The notes: a model not told the origin generated them from the letters alone. Positions 10,221 through 19,113 are shown, counted from the stretch's first letter. The stretch: DNA of 36,942 bases from Candidatus Aminicenantes bacterium (GCA_024644125.1 JAHELQ010000004.1:843-37784), one strand, 5' to 3'. Translations and numbers: made by a program.

Positions 10221-10276
10221 TCGGAATCCTCCTTAAAAAAAGCTCGTAAAACAAGAATCAGGGTTTCCAGGAAATG

Positions 10277-10305
10277 ATTATACCTGGATGTCAGGAATGG
10301 GTCAA
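10277..10305 (-). promoter_or_regulatory. sigma-70 promoter for the HD-GYP/kinase/REC cluster
   Basis: Minus strand TTGACC-N17-TATAAT, ending 57 nt upstream of the ATG at 10220. Confidence 0.7.
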
Positions 10306-10511
10306 CAGTATTTGATCCAAATTTTACTTCGAACACAATACCTAATTGCAAATGACGTCTCCTTTTTGCCAACCAAAAGTGTTCTTTTATCATTATTACT
10401 ACACTTGAATGATACACCCATATTATTGAATTCATGACGAAAAGTCAAATATTTTTCTTATTTACGGCTTACCTCAAGCGTACCTTCACACGATGTGGCT
10501 CTTAGTGTTTA

Positions 10512-10540
10512 TTGACATTGATAAATAAAAGAATTATACT
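10512..10540 (+). promoter_or_regulatory. sigma-70 promoter for the YkvA gene
   Basis: TTGACA-N17-TATACT. The ORF-track TTG start at 10512 is the -35 box itself. Confidence 0.75.
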
Positions 10541-10559
10541 TTGCCAGAGGTTAACAACC

Positions 10560-11048
10560 ATGGGCGATTCAATAGTGAAAAAAGAGTCTGAATACAAAGA
10601 TTTTTATCACAAATTGAGAGAAAAAATCGACAATTGGGCGAAAGACGGCCGTTTACAGAAAAAGACGGGAAAGTGGACTGACCCGTTTGTACAGTACTTG
10701 TTGGTTTTACCTGATTTGGCTCACTTGATGATCAAACTTTTGGTGGACAGGCAAGTGGCCGGCCAGATTAAAACGTATATACTTGTAGCTATGGCGTATC
10801 TGCTGTCTCCAATTGATATCATCCCGGATTTCATTCCGGTAATCGGGTTTGTGGACGATTTAATCGTGCTTGTAACAATCATGAACAAAATCATCAATAC
10901 TCTGGATGTCCAATTGTTGGAGAAAATCAAATATTATTGGGCGGGAAAGGATGATGTTTTTGTCAAAGTAAAAGAAATTGTCGCAGTTACAAACGAGTAC
11001 TCTTCGTTGATTCCCAAAAGTATCTACAATTTCATGAATAAGAAATAA
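10560..11048 (+). CDS. YkvA/DUF1232 family small membrane protein
   Basis: Signature AYLLSPIDIIPDFIPVIGFVDD; GAGG SD before ATG 10560. Confidence 0.88.
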   Translation: MGDSIVKKESEYKDFYHKLREKIDNWAKDGRLQKKTGKWTDPFVQYLLVLPDLAHLMIKLLVDRQVAGQIKTYILVAMAYLLSPIDIIPDFIPVIGFVDDLIVLVTIMNKIINTLDVQLLEKIKYYWAGKDDVFVKVKEIVAVTNEYSSLIPKSIYNFMNKK

Positions 11049-11057
11049 ACGGCGGGG

Positions 11058-11471
11058 TTATTTTATTAGGCTATTACCGGCATCGTTGAGGATATCCTCC
11101 AGAGTCATGCCGGAAAATTCATTTTTAAGATTCGCCCCCAGGCGCGTCCATACTGACCGTGCGTCACACTCGTCGAATAACGAGCAATGATCGCCGTTCA
11201 TGCACTGGGAGAGTTTTATCTCCTCCTCAAATGCATCGAAAAGCATCAGCAGGTTAATGTCACCGGGGGCTTTGTTCAATGTGTATCCCCCATAAATTCC
11301 CTGGACACTCCGGATAAGTTCTCCTTTTTCCATGGGTCCAGCTAATTTACGTAAATATTTGGGGGATACATTCATTTTTTTTCCGAGTTCTGAAGTGTTT
11401 ATAACGCTCTGTTCCCTTGCGAGCATCAAGAGCATCCTCAATCCGTAGCGAATTTTGGTGTTAATTTTCAT
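11058..11471 (-). CDS. Rrf2 family transcriptional regulator with three Cys (probable Fe-S)
   Basis: KIRYGLR, SPKYLRKL, SVQGIYGGYTL wing; CMNGDHCSLFDEC (Cx5Cx5C); TLEDI C-terminus. Confidence 0.92.
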   Translation of the reverse strand: MKINTKIRYGLRMLLMLAREQSVINTSELGKKMNVSPKYLRKLAGPMEKGELIRSVQGIYGGYTLNKAPGDINLLMLFDAFEEEIKLSQCMNGDHCSLFDECDARSVWTRLGANLKNEFSGMTLEDILNDAGNSLIK

Positions 11472-11529
11472 TATTTTTTCCTAATAACGATCTCTTCAGA
11501 ACTGTGCAACTATCTGAATTTACGTCTAA

Positions 11530-12786
11530 TTATTCTTCGTCACCAACATTTTCCAATTGACGCATATAGGCATCGTGTTCAACCTGTTTCTTTCTCAGTT
11601 TGATGAACTTTTCGCCAACTTCGTCGCCCTTGGCCATATATTCTTCTCTTTTCAAAGGTTCGGCTTTAATTTTTTCCAGATACAAAAGCTTCATATATGC
11701 CCATGGATCAGCAAATTCCGCATCCAATTTGCCCGCCATCTCCAGATACTGAAAACCTTTGTCGACAATAGCGATTCTTTCAGCAGCGGCCATCATATTG
11801 GGTCCGGTCTGGTAACTCTTATTCCAGCAAACAACTCCGCTGGTATAATAGGCCCTGGCAAGCTCTTTTTTCTTTTCATCCGGGAAAGCCATTATCACTT
11901 CTTCCATTTTGTCGGCTTTCTCTTTGAGAATGGCATTCTTTTCCTCAATCTGAGCATTCAACTCTTCCAGGTTGCCCAATTCTTCCAACTGTTTGGTTTT
12001 CTCTTCAAGAATTCTTTCTTTTTCCGCTTTATCGACCCGGGTGTTTTTCTTCACGGTTTCCATGAACTTCTGGATCTTATCGATATTTTCGACAACCTGA
12101 ACCAGCTTGTCAACTTCACTCTGAACTTTTTCGATTTCGGGATCCACCATGGTATTGATACGTTTCTGGTGAAACTTGATCGATTCGTCGAATTTCCTTC
12201 TATTTCCAAGGAAGTTGGCATAATAGAAATAACCGGACGGGTCTTCGGGATTTAACTGAATCCGTTTCTCATACATGGATTCCGCTTCCGCCAATTTCCC
12301 GAATTTCGAATAAAAATCCGCCAAAATATAATAAGTATCGGCTTTTTCAGGAGCTTTTTCAAGAATCTGCAAATAATACTTTTCCGATTCTTCAAAATTT
12401 TCCATCTTATCGTAAATATCGCCGAGTGCAAGAGTTACCTTTACCTGATTTTCTTCAGGCTCGACCTCTTTGGCTTTCAAGAGATATTTCAGCGCGTCGT
12501 CGCCATATTCTTTATTTCTGTCACCTTCTTTACCGGGTTTATACATCAAAGCGTTTGCGGTACCCAGGTAAAAATATACAAACTCCAACTTGGGATTATA
12601 CTGTAGAGCTATTTCATACTCTTCTATAGCTTTTTTAAATTTTTCTTTCGTATAATTGTCATTGGCTTTCTGCAAGTGATGATTTGCCCTAAGGTTATCA
12701 ATTTTTAACTTTTCACAGCCAGTAAAACTAATCAAAAAGACTAGAAACAGCACACAAATTAAAGCCGTAGTCGAAATTTTTTTCAT
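11530..12786 (-). CDS. Tetratricopeptide-repeat lipoprotein
   Basis: Signal peptide with lipobox-like FTGC; TPR-like helices (AIEEYEIALQYNP, AESMYEKRIQLNP); AGGAGG SD; upstream TTGACT-N17-TATAAA. Confidence 0.8.
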   Translation of the reverse strand: MKKISTTALICVLFLVFLISFTGCEKLKIDNLRANHHLQKANDNYTKEKFKKAIEEYEIALQYNPKLEFVYFYLGTANALMYKPGKEGDRNKEYGDDALKYLLKAKEVEPEENQVKVTLALGDIYDKMENFEESEKYYLQILEKAPEKADTYYILADFYSKFGKLAEAESMYEKRIQLNPEDPSGYFYYANFLGNRRKFDESIKFHQKRINTMVDPEIEKVQSEVDKLVQVVENIDKIQKFMETVKKNTRVDKAEKERILEEKTKQLEELGNLEELNAQIEEKNAILKEKADKMEEVIMAFPDEKKKELARAYYTSGVVCWNKSYQTGPNMMAAAERIAIVDKGFQYLEMAGKLDAEFADPWAYMKLLYLEKIKAEPLKREEYMAKGDEVGEKFIKLRKKQVEHDAYMRQLENVGDEE

Positions 12787-12870
12787 AAGAGCCTCCTACA
12801 AGTCTTCTTTATAATTTAATATTACCAAAAAGTCAAGATAATTTGAGACAAAAACTGCAATTCAATCATC

Positions 12871-13215
12871 TCACTTTATCCTGTAAAACCACATCAGGAA
12901 AAGCCATAGATCCTGGATGTAAGGGATTAACTTGTTGTTCAAGTATATCTTCGTGGTTTCATGTTCCTTCACCAACTCGAAGATTTCGTACAGTTCTTCA
13001 ACATTTTCGGGATAAAAGCTCACATAGATTTTATGAAAATCGCCAGCACCCTCCTCAAGAAAGTATTTATTTTGTGTTGCCAACCCAACCGCTTTTTCAT
13101 AATTTTTCGAAAAATGTTTTTGAAATCGAATAGTAATTTTAAAGTCGCGGTTGGAATTTTTGGGATTTAGGATATTGTGTAGTTTTTCCTCTTGAATTTT
13201 CTTTCTAGCATCCAT
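12871..13215 (-). CDS. Hypothetical protein, 114 aa
   Basis: Fills the gap between uvrD and the TPR gene on the same strand; TATAAT 6 nt before the ATG; aromatic C-terminus PYIQDLWLFLMWFY. Confidence 0.7.
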   Translation of the reverse strand: MDARKKIQEEKLHNILNPKNSNRDFKITIRFQKHFSKNYEKAVGLATQNKYFLEEGAGDFHKIYVSFYPENVEELYEIFELVKEHETTKIYLNNKLIPYIQDLWLFLMWFYRIK

Positions 13216-13242
13216 TTGTCAATTATAATACAAAAAACAGGT

Positions 13243-13279
13243 AAAAAACAAGGGGGGTCGCCAATAAAATGATCCCCCC
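13243..13279 (-). terminator. Probable intrinsic terminator after uvrD/pcrA
   Basis: Minus strand GGGGGGATC-loop-GACCCCCC (one bulge) followed by TTGTTTTTT. Confidence 0.55.
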
Positions 13280-13314
13280 GCAAGTGTCCAGGGCATGTTC
13301 GTATGAATGAATGT

Positions 13315-15390
13315 TCAAAGAAATGTCACAGGTACTATTGATGTATCGATGAGCTTTTCGCCCTTGTTCTCGAAATTTACCAGAAATTTTTCGTGATCTA
13401 TTTTTTTTCGAATCCGGCCTTTCCCGAAAAAGGGATGCTCGATAAACACGCCGTCATCCGGCAACACCTCTTCCCGGGGAATTTCGGGCCGAGGCGACAT
13501 TTCATCGATGAATTCCTCTAATGAATACAGATTTCTAAACAAGGAATAATCGACATCTCTCAAAAAGGGCGACGGCTTGTGAAAACCCACCGACATGATC
13601 AATTGTTTTATCGGCCTTGTCACCGCCACATACATGAGACGTCTCTCCTCCTCAAGCTCGGCGGGTTCTTTACGCATAAAAAAGGGCATATACGTGGCGT
13701 TCGTCCCGGCGGTTACCACTGTGTTGAATTCCAGTCCCTTGGCATTGTGCATGGTGAGCAAAAACACATGAACATTAGAATTATCACCCTTTTCAACCGC
13801 CTCCGAATCCGTGCTTATCCGGTCCAACAAATCGCTGAATTTTTTATCGCGGTTGTCCTGCTCCCAGCTTTTTACGAAATTGATCAATTCCTCTATATTC
13901 AGCAACCTGTCCTGCTCGCCCCTCTCTTCGAGGTTGGGACGGTACCCAGAATGGTTTAGTAAAATGGTAAGAATTTCCGAAAGGCTGTACTCGTCGAATT
14001 TATTATGAAGCTCCATTATTTTCGGAAATGAATCTTTTGTTTTGTACCTATCGGAAAAATGGGTCCGTAATGTTAAAAACAGCGACGCGCCGTCCTCTTC
14101 CGCTTTCGCCGAGATTGTTTCCAGCGTTTTGGCTCCGATCCCCAGCGGCAACATATCGACAACCCTGTTGAAAGAGAGGTCATCGTCTGGGTTGTAAGCC
14201 AATTTCAGCATAGCCATACTGTCTTTTATCTCTTTCCGTTCAAAAAAGGGTTGCCCTTTCAAAATCTTGAACCGGATGTTGCGGCGAGTGAATTCCGTCT
14301 CAAAGGCGAGGGATTGGGAATTGATCCGGTACAATACCGCCACAGGAAGCATATCCGGTTCTTCCATAATGAGATGATAAATCAACTGAGCGACTTTTTC
14401 CGCTTCATCCTCCTTGGAGCTGGTATGAAACAAAAACACAGGATTGCCGCCCTTGTTTTCCGTCCACATTGATTTCCCTTTCCTGAGCTTATTCCTGGTA
14501 ATCAGTCGGTTCGCAAATTCAAGAATCGGCTGGGTCGATCTATAATTTTGCTCAAGTTTTATAGTGCGTACATCACGGAAATCATTTTCGTAATTGAACA
14601 GAAAACGGATGCTGGCGCCGCGCCAGGAATAGATCGCCTGGTCGTCGTCTCCCACGACAGTGATTTGTTGATGCTTGCGAGCCAATAATTTTATCAGCTC
14701 ATATTGATTTGGATTGGTGTCCTGAAATTCGTCCACAACAATATAATCGAACCGGTTCCTGTACTTTTCCAGTATTTCCTCATTGTGAAGCATGAGCTTC
14801 ACCGGTAGGGAGATCAAGTCCTCGTAATCCCACCGTTTTATTTTATGCTGCTTGTCAAAGTAGAGGGAAAATATCTCCACCTCTTCCTGACTAAAACCAA
14901 CTTCCAGCAGCGCGTCCCGGTTGTTGGGGTAATTGAGGTTCATTTTGGCGAGATTGATCTTCCGCCTTACATCATCGCGCATATCATTGGTGTAAAAACT
15001 ATATTTGTCTTTGATGATACGGTCGAGAAACCGGCGTTGTTCACCATCGTCCATCACCTGCCAATCGGAATCAAAACCTCCGGCCGCGGCGCTTTCCCTC
15101 AATATACGCAAACCAAGCGAATGAAAGGTCGAGATGGGAAACTGCCTCGGCTCGAGTCCCGTCAGGTCCGCCACCCGCTGTTTCATTTCATTGGCTGCTT
15201 TGTTGGTAAATGTCACACCCAAAATTCTATAGGGAGACATCTCTTTTTCTTGAATCAAATAGGCGATTTTATGCGTGATCACCCTGGTTTTCCCTGAACC
15301 GGCTCCCGCTACAATCAGCAAAGGGGAATCAAAATACAACACCGCTTCTTTTTGAATTGGGTTTAGACCTTCTAGTAACTTATTTGGCAT
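13315..15390 (-). CDS. pcrA: ATP-dependent DNA helicase UvrD/PcrA (SF1A)
   Basis: AGAGSGKT, TFTNKAA, VDEFQDTN, VGDDDQAIYSWRGA, LEQNYRS, TMHNAKGLEF, EEERRLMYVAVTR; C-terminal Tudor-like HPFFGKG. Confidence 0.92.
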   Translation of the reverse strand: MPNKLLEGLNPIQKEAVLYFDSPLLIVAGAGSGKTRVITHKIAYLIQEKEMSPYRILGVTFTNKAANEMKQRVADLTGLEPRQFPISTFHSLGLRILRESAAAGGFDSDWQVMDDGEQRRFLDRIIKDKYSFYTNDMRDDVRRKINLAKMNLNYPNNRDALLEVGFSQEEVEIFSLYFDKQHKIKRWDYEDLISLPVKLMLHNEEILEKYRNRFDYIVVDEFQDTNPNQYELIKLLARKHQQITVVGDDDQAIYSWRGASIRFLFNYENDFRDVRTIKLEQNYRSTQPILEFANRLITRNKLRKGKSMWTENKGGNPVFLFHTSSKEDEAEKVAQLIYHLIMEEPDMLPVAVLYRINSQSLAFETEFTRRNIRFKILKGQPFFERKEIKDSMAMLKLAYNPDDDLSFNRVVDMLPLGIGAKTLETISAKAEEDGASLFLTLRTHFSDRYKTKDSFPKIMELHNKFDEYSLSEILTILLNHSGYRPNLEERGEQDRLLNIEELINFVKSWEQDNRDKKFSDLLDRISTDSEAVEKGDNSNVHVFLLTMHNAKGLEFNTVVTAGTNATYMPFFMRKEPAELEEERRLMYVAVTRPIKQLIMSVGFHKPSPFLRDVDYSLFRNLYSLEEFIDEMSPRPEIPREEVLPDDGVFIEHPFFGKGRIRKKIDHEKFLVNFENKGEKLIDTSIVPVTFL

Positions 15391-16087
15391 TTTTTCCTCG
15401 AATCAACGGTACAAATTGCACTGGAATTAAATTCGTCCGCTTCAAATTTCCATTTTTATCTTTTTCAATTAAAATCAATTCTTGCACGGTTTGCGAATAA
15501 CTGACCGGGATAACCATACGTCCGCCCACCGCCAATTGATCGATGAGCGGCTGGGGGATATGGTCCGGAGCGCACGTCACAATAATCGCGTCATAGGGTG
15601 CGTGTTCTTCCCACCCCAAATATCCGTCCCCGGCCTTGAAACCTATGTTTTTATAGTTCATAGCCAGCAACCGTTGTCGGGCGGTTTTAGATAGGTTTTC
15701 CATAATTTCGATGGTATAGACGTTTTTAACCAATTCAGCCAAAATCGCCGCCTGGTATCCGGAACCGGTCCCAATTTCCAATACTTTTTTGTTTTCTCCC
15801 GGTGCGACGACATACGTCATGATGGCTACGATATATGGTTTAGAAATGGTTTGATCTTCTCCAATGGGAAGGTCGCAATCGGCATACGCTTTATAACGGA
15901 GGGCGGGATTTACAAACAGATGGCGCTTCACTTTGGAAAATGCGTCCAGGATACGTCGATCCGTAATCCCCCTCTCCATAATTTGCCTGTTCACCATTTC
16001 CCGGCGCAACAGAGAGAAGTTGTCGCTCTGTTTTTGAGCCGGGACAGGTAGCATGAGACATAAAATTAAAATCAACCGTATCCGCAT
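15380..16087 (-). CDS. pcm: Protein-L-isoaspartate O-methyltransferase
   Basis: RHLFV, AY, QTISKP, VLEIGTGSGYQAA, GDGYLGWEEHAPYDAIIVT, QLAVGGRMVIPV, FVPL. Confidence 0.95.
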   Translation of the reverse strand: MRIRLILILCLMLPVPAQKQSDNFSLLRREMVNRQIMERGITDRRILDAFSKVKRHLFVNPALRYKAYADCDLPIGEDQTISKPYIVAIMTYVVAPGENKKVLEIGTGSGYQAAILAELVKNVYTIEIMENLSKTARQRLLAMNYKNIGFKAGDGYLGWEEHAPYDAIIVTCAPDHIPQPLIDQLAVGGRMVIPVSYSQTVQELILIEKDKNGNLKRTNLIPVQFVPLIRGKNAK

Positions 16088-16093
16088 GCCACA

Positions 16094-16122
16094 ATTCTAG
16101 CAAATAAAATGGAATGTGTAAA
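16094..16122 (-). promoter_or_regulatory. sigma-70 promoter for pcm-pcrA, probably leaderless
   Basis: TTTACA-N17-TAGAAT with extended TG, then 6 nt and ATG; no SD. Confidence 0.65.
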
Positions 16123-16144
16123 TTTAGTGGAGTCGTGGATTAAG

Positions 16145-16176
16145 AAAAAAGGAAGAACGGCGCGAGCCGTTCTTCC
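16145..16176 (-). terminator. Intrinsic terminator of the tolC-family gene
   Basis: Perfect 11-bp stem GGAAGAACGGC/GCCGTTCTTCC with a 4-nt loop, then TTTTTT on the minus strand, 10 nt after the stop codon. Confidence 0.88.
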
Positions 16177-16186
16177 AATTATAATC

Positions 16187-17737
16187 TTATTTATCTTCGT
16201 TTATAAAATCTTTCAATTTAATATCGTACGCTGTCAGGGTCCGGGCCAACACTTTGTTGATTTTCGCTACAGTCATGTTATATTCTTTCAAAGAATTCAA
16301 CAGTCCGGTTTCAGTCTGGGCATAATCCCGTTGATAATTCAATACATCATAGTTGGTTGACAGGCCTACGGAAAGTTTTTTCTCTTCGGCTTTCAGTTTC
16401 TGTTCCTGGAGTGTCAAGGCGATTTGGTTGGATTCCACAAGTTTGGAATTGGCTTCCAATTCTTTGATAACCTCTCTGACCTCTGAATAAACCAGGTTCT
16501 CAGTATTTTTCAAACCCAATAGCGCCCGCTTCAAATTTAATTTTGCCTGGGCCATTTGCGCTTTTTCCTGGGCGAAACTCAACGGCACGGTTAGTCGCAA
16601 CGAAACCGAATAGTTCTTGTACAGGCTGGAAAAAGTATCCTCGATCGTATCCCATATATCACGCTGGATCATTCCGATGGGCTTACCTCCAAACAGCGGG
16701 TTGCCGTCGTAGATGATCTGGTCGCCGCCGGCGCCGGTGGTATAATATGAGGCAACCAATTGCAGGTCTGGCAACATCTGGTTCCGAGCGTATTTGACAT
16801 TTATGTTGTGATTTTTTAATTCCAGACGCGCCTGTTCGATATCCGGTCGGCTATTGAGAGCTTCCTCCAAAAAGGCATTCAGATCGAAATTTACCGGTTT
16901 TACTTCAGGCATGTCCACCGGGACGACAATTTCTTCCCTCTGGGTCATGTTGAGGATACGCTTCAGATTTTCTTCTGCAGTCTGAATGGCCTTTTCCGCC
17001 TGAATCACCTGGCTTTCGTTCGTAGCCACTTCGGCTTTCGCTTCGAGAATATCAATCGGCGCGGCGGATCCGACTCTTACCTTGATTTCGTTCTGCCTCA
17101 ACAAATCCCGCGAGCGTTGTAGGGATTTTTTTCTGGATTCCAGGTCCTGGTAATAATAAACTAGATTCCAATATGCATCCTCTACATTGTAGACCAGATC
17201 TATGATGGACTGCCGCAACTGGTGACGCGCTTTTTTATAATCATTGGTGGCGACGATGATGTCTCTTTTCGTGGCGAGGGTACCGAAATTTTTCAACAAT
17301 GGCTGGGTCAATGAGGCGGTCAATACAGACTGGAGGTAGGGGTTGATGGTATTATAAATACTATTGCTCTCCGACCGGCCATTATTCAGGGAGATCCTCA
17401 AATCTCCTCCAATCGCGAGGCGTTGCGAGAGAGCGACGTTCAAACCGAGTCTTTTTCTGGTGATAATATCGGCTCCCTGTAACGCGTCGCTGGAAGGAGT
17501 GTTAGATTCGGAAGTCGTCATCTCAACCTCAAATTTCGGGATAAAGATCGCCCCCCGGATCAGTTTGTTCTGCATTGCCAGATCAGGATTGGTCATTTGC
17601 ACCTGGAGTTCCAGGTTTTCCTTCAATGCCTGGGCAATGGAATCTTTCAATGTCAATTCAAGCTTTTTTTCTTCCGCCTGAAGCGGTGCAGCGAATATCA
17701 AAGCAGCTATTAAGATTGTTCCAATCAATTGTTTCAT
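16187..17737 (-). CDS. TolC family outer-membrane efflux protein
   Basis: Signal peptide (PLQA/EE), LTLKDSIAQALKENL, LTQPLL, VEDAYWNL, ALNSRPDI, MLPDLQL, GLSTNYDVL; two OEP repeats; GGAGG SD. Confidence 0.9.
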   Translation of the reverse strand: MKQLIGTILIAALIFAAPLQAEEKKLELTLKDSIAQALKENLELQVQMTNPDLAMQNKLIRGAIFIPKFEVEMTTSESNTPSSDALQGADIITRKRLGLNVALSQRLAIGGDLRISLNNGRSESNSIYNTINPYLQSVLTASLTQPLLKNFGTLATKRDIIVATNDYKKARHQLRQSIIDLVYNVEDAYWNLVYYYQDLESRKKSLQRSRDLLRQNEIKVRVGSAAPIDILEAKAEVATNESQVIQAEKAIQTAEENLKRILNMTQREEIVVPVDMPEVKPVNFDLNAFLEEALNSRPDIEQARLELKNHNINVKYARNQMLPDLQLVASYYTTGAGGDQIIYDGNPLFGGKPIGMIQRDIWDTIEDTFSSLYKNYSVSLRLTVPLSFAQEKAQMAQAKLNLKRALLGLKNTENLVYSEVREVIKELEANSKLVESNQIALTLQEQKLKAEEKKLSVGLSTNYDVLNYQRDYAQTETGLLNSLKEYNMTVAKINKVLARTLTAYDIKLKDFINEDK

Positions 17738-17910
17738 CAGTTTCCTCCACTACACTGAATATGGTAAATACGAACGCGCGGCCAAAAGGTTCCCGAGCAT
17801 CCGCTTTCCAATACTAAAAACTTCATTTTACCTGAATATGCGGCAAAAGGAAATATATTTGACTGCGGGAGATATTTTTCCTTGCAGATTCCTTCGACCA
17901 ACAATACAAG

Positions 17911-17927
17911 AGCAATATCCATGCCAG
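17911..17927 (-). promoter_or_regulatory. sigma-54 (-24/-12) promoter oriented toward tolC
   Basis: Minus strand CTGGCATGGATATTGCT = TGGCAT-N5-TTGCT, with exact GG-N10-GC spacing. Confidence 0.7.
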
Positions 17928-18041
17928 TCAATTTTTTCATATATGTGTAAGAACACTGCACGCTAGTTTTTCTTGCAAAAAAAATAATTTCCGCTAATGG
18001 GGCATCGTTTGTCCGAATTCGAACACTCCGGGTCGAAAACC

Positions 18042-18070
18042 TTGACTTTTATTTGCTTTCATTTTATCGT
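18042..18070 (+). promoter_or_regulatory. Possible sigma-70 promoter for the PPIase gene
   Basis: TTGACT-N17-TATCGT, then GGAGG SD and ATG 18090. Confidence 0.55.
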
Positions 18071-18089
18071 AGCCCATACGGAGGTTAGA

Positions 18090-19079
18090 ATGAAAAAAAT
18101 TGTAGTTTTAATATTGATGATGGCATTTTTATTGGCCGGCTGCAAAACCGAGAAATATAAAGAGCCGGGCATTTATGCGGAGATTGATACCGGCAAAGGC
18201 CTGATCGTCGCATCTATGGAATTTGAGAAGGCGCCGATGACAGTGGCTAATTTTGTGGGACTGGCTGAAGGAACCATTAAAAACTCAGCCAAAGAGCCTG
18301 GCGTTCCTTATTTCAACGGATTGAAATTTCACCGGGTCGTTCCTGGTTTTGTCATTCAAGGCGGCGATCCCCAGGGTAACGGTTCGGGCGGTCCCGGATA
18401 CAAATTTCCAAATGAAATCCATCCGGATCTCAAACATAACGCCGCGGGAGTCTTGTCCATGGCAAACGCCGGACCCAACACCAACGGCAGCCAGTTTTTC
18501 ATCACCTTGAACGCAGCCCCGCGTCTGGATGGCGGATACTCAGTGTTTGGAAAGGTCGTGAAGGGCCTCGATGTGGTCAAAGCCATTCAGAAGGACGATA
18601 TTATAAAGACAATCAAGATCTTCAGGGTCGGCGCAGTGGCCAAAAACTTCAAAACCGACGACGCGTCATTCAAAGACATTGTAAAGAGAGCGGAAGCGGC
18701 GATCGAAAAGAAATTGGCGGATACACTGGCGGAAAAATACCCTGATGTGATAAAACTGGAAAACGGCCTCCGTTACAAAATACTGACACCGGGAAAAGGA
18801 TTGAAACCGGAAAAGGGCACGCCGGTCAAAGTGCACTACACTCTGACTTTGCTGGACGGAAAAAAGATCGACAGTTCGTTGGACCGAGGCGAGCCGTTGC
18901 CTTTCGAGGTAGGTATGGGGCAGATGATTCCCGGATTCGACCTGGCGGTGCAGGATATGGCCAAAGGGGAAAAACGATTGGTGATCATTCCGCCGGATCT
19001 GGGGTATGGGGAGCAAAGGAAGGGTCCGATCCCAGAAAACTCCATCCTGATCTTCGAAGTGGAATTAGTGGAATTCTAA
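18090..19079 (+). CDS. Peptidyl-prolyl isomerase lipoprotein, cyclophilin + FKBP fusion
   Basis: Lipobox LAGC; cyclophilin motifs FHRVVPGFVIQGGDP and SMANAGPNTNGSQFFIT; FKBP motifs VKVHY, IDSS, MIPGFD, IPPDLGYG, LIFEVEL. Confidence 0.93.
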   Translation: MKKIVVLILMMAFLLAGCKTEKYKEPGIYAEIDTGKGLIVASMEFEKAPMTVANFVGLAEGTIKNSAKEPGVPYFNGLKFHRVVPGFVIQGGDPQGNGSGGPGYKFPNEIHPDLKHNAAGVLSMANAGPNTNGSQFFITLNAAPRLDGGYSVFGKVVKGLDVVKAIQKDDIIKTIKIFRVGAVAKNFKTDDASFKDIVKRAEAAIEKKLADTLAEKYPDVIKLENGLRYKILTPGKGLKPEKGTPVKVHYTLTLLDGKKIDSSLDRGEPLPFEVGMGQMIPGFDLAVQDMAKGEKRLVIIPPDLGYGEQRKGPIPENSILIFEVELVEF

Positions 19080-19113
19080 AATGTAATCATGCTGGCCGTG
19101 ACCGCACTCACGT

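Noticed and set aside
10190-10435. Short intergenic ORFs (10190-10435, 17737-17961, 27784-28038)
   Set aside because: They run across identified promoters, lack convincing SDs and show no recognisable protein features.
10221-10440. c-di-GMP riboswitch or sigma-54 site upstream of the HD-GYP gene
   Set aside because: GGCAAA is present, but the GAAA-capped stem and GACGCAAAG core are missing; TGGCA...TTGCA spacing is not GG-N10-GC.
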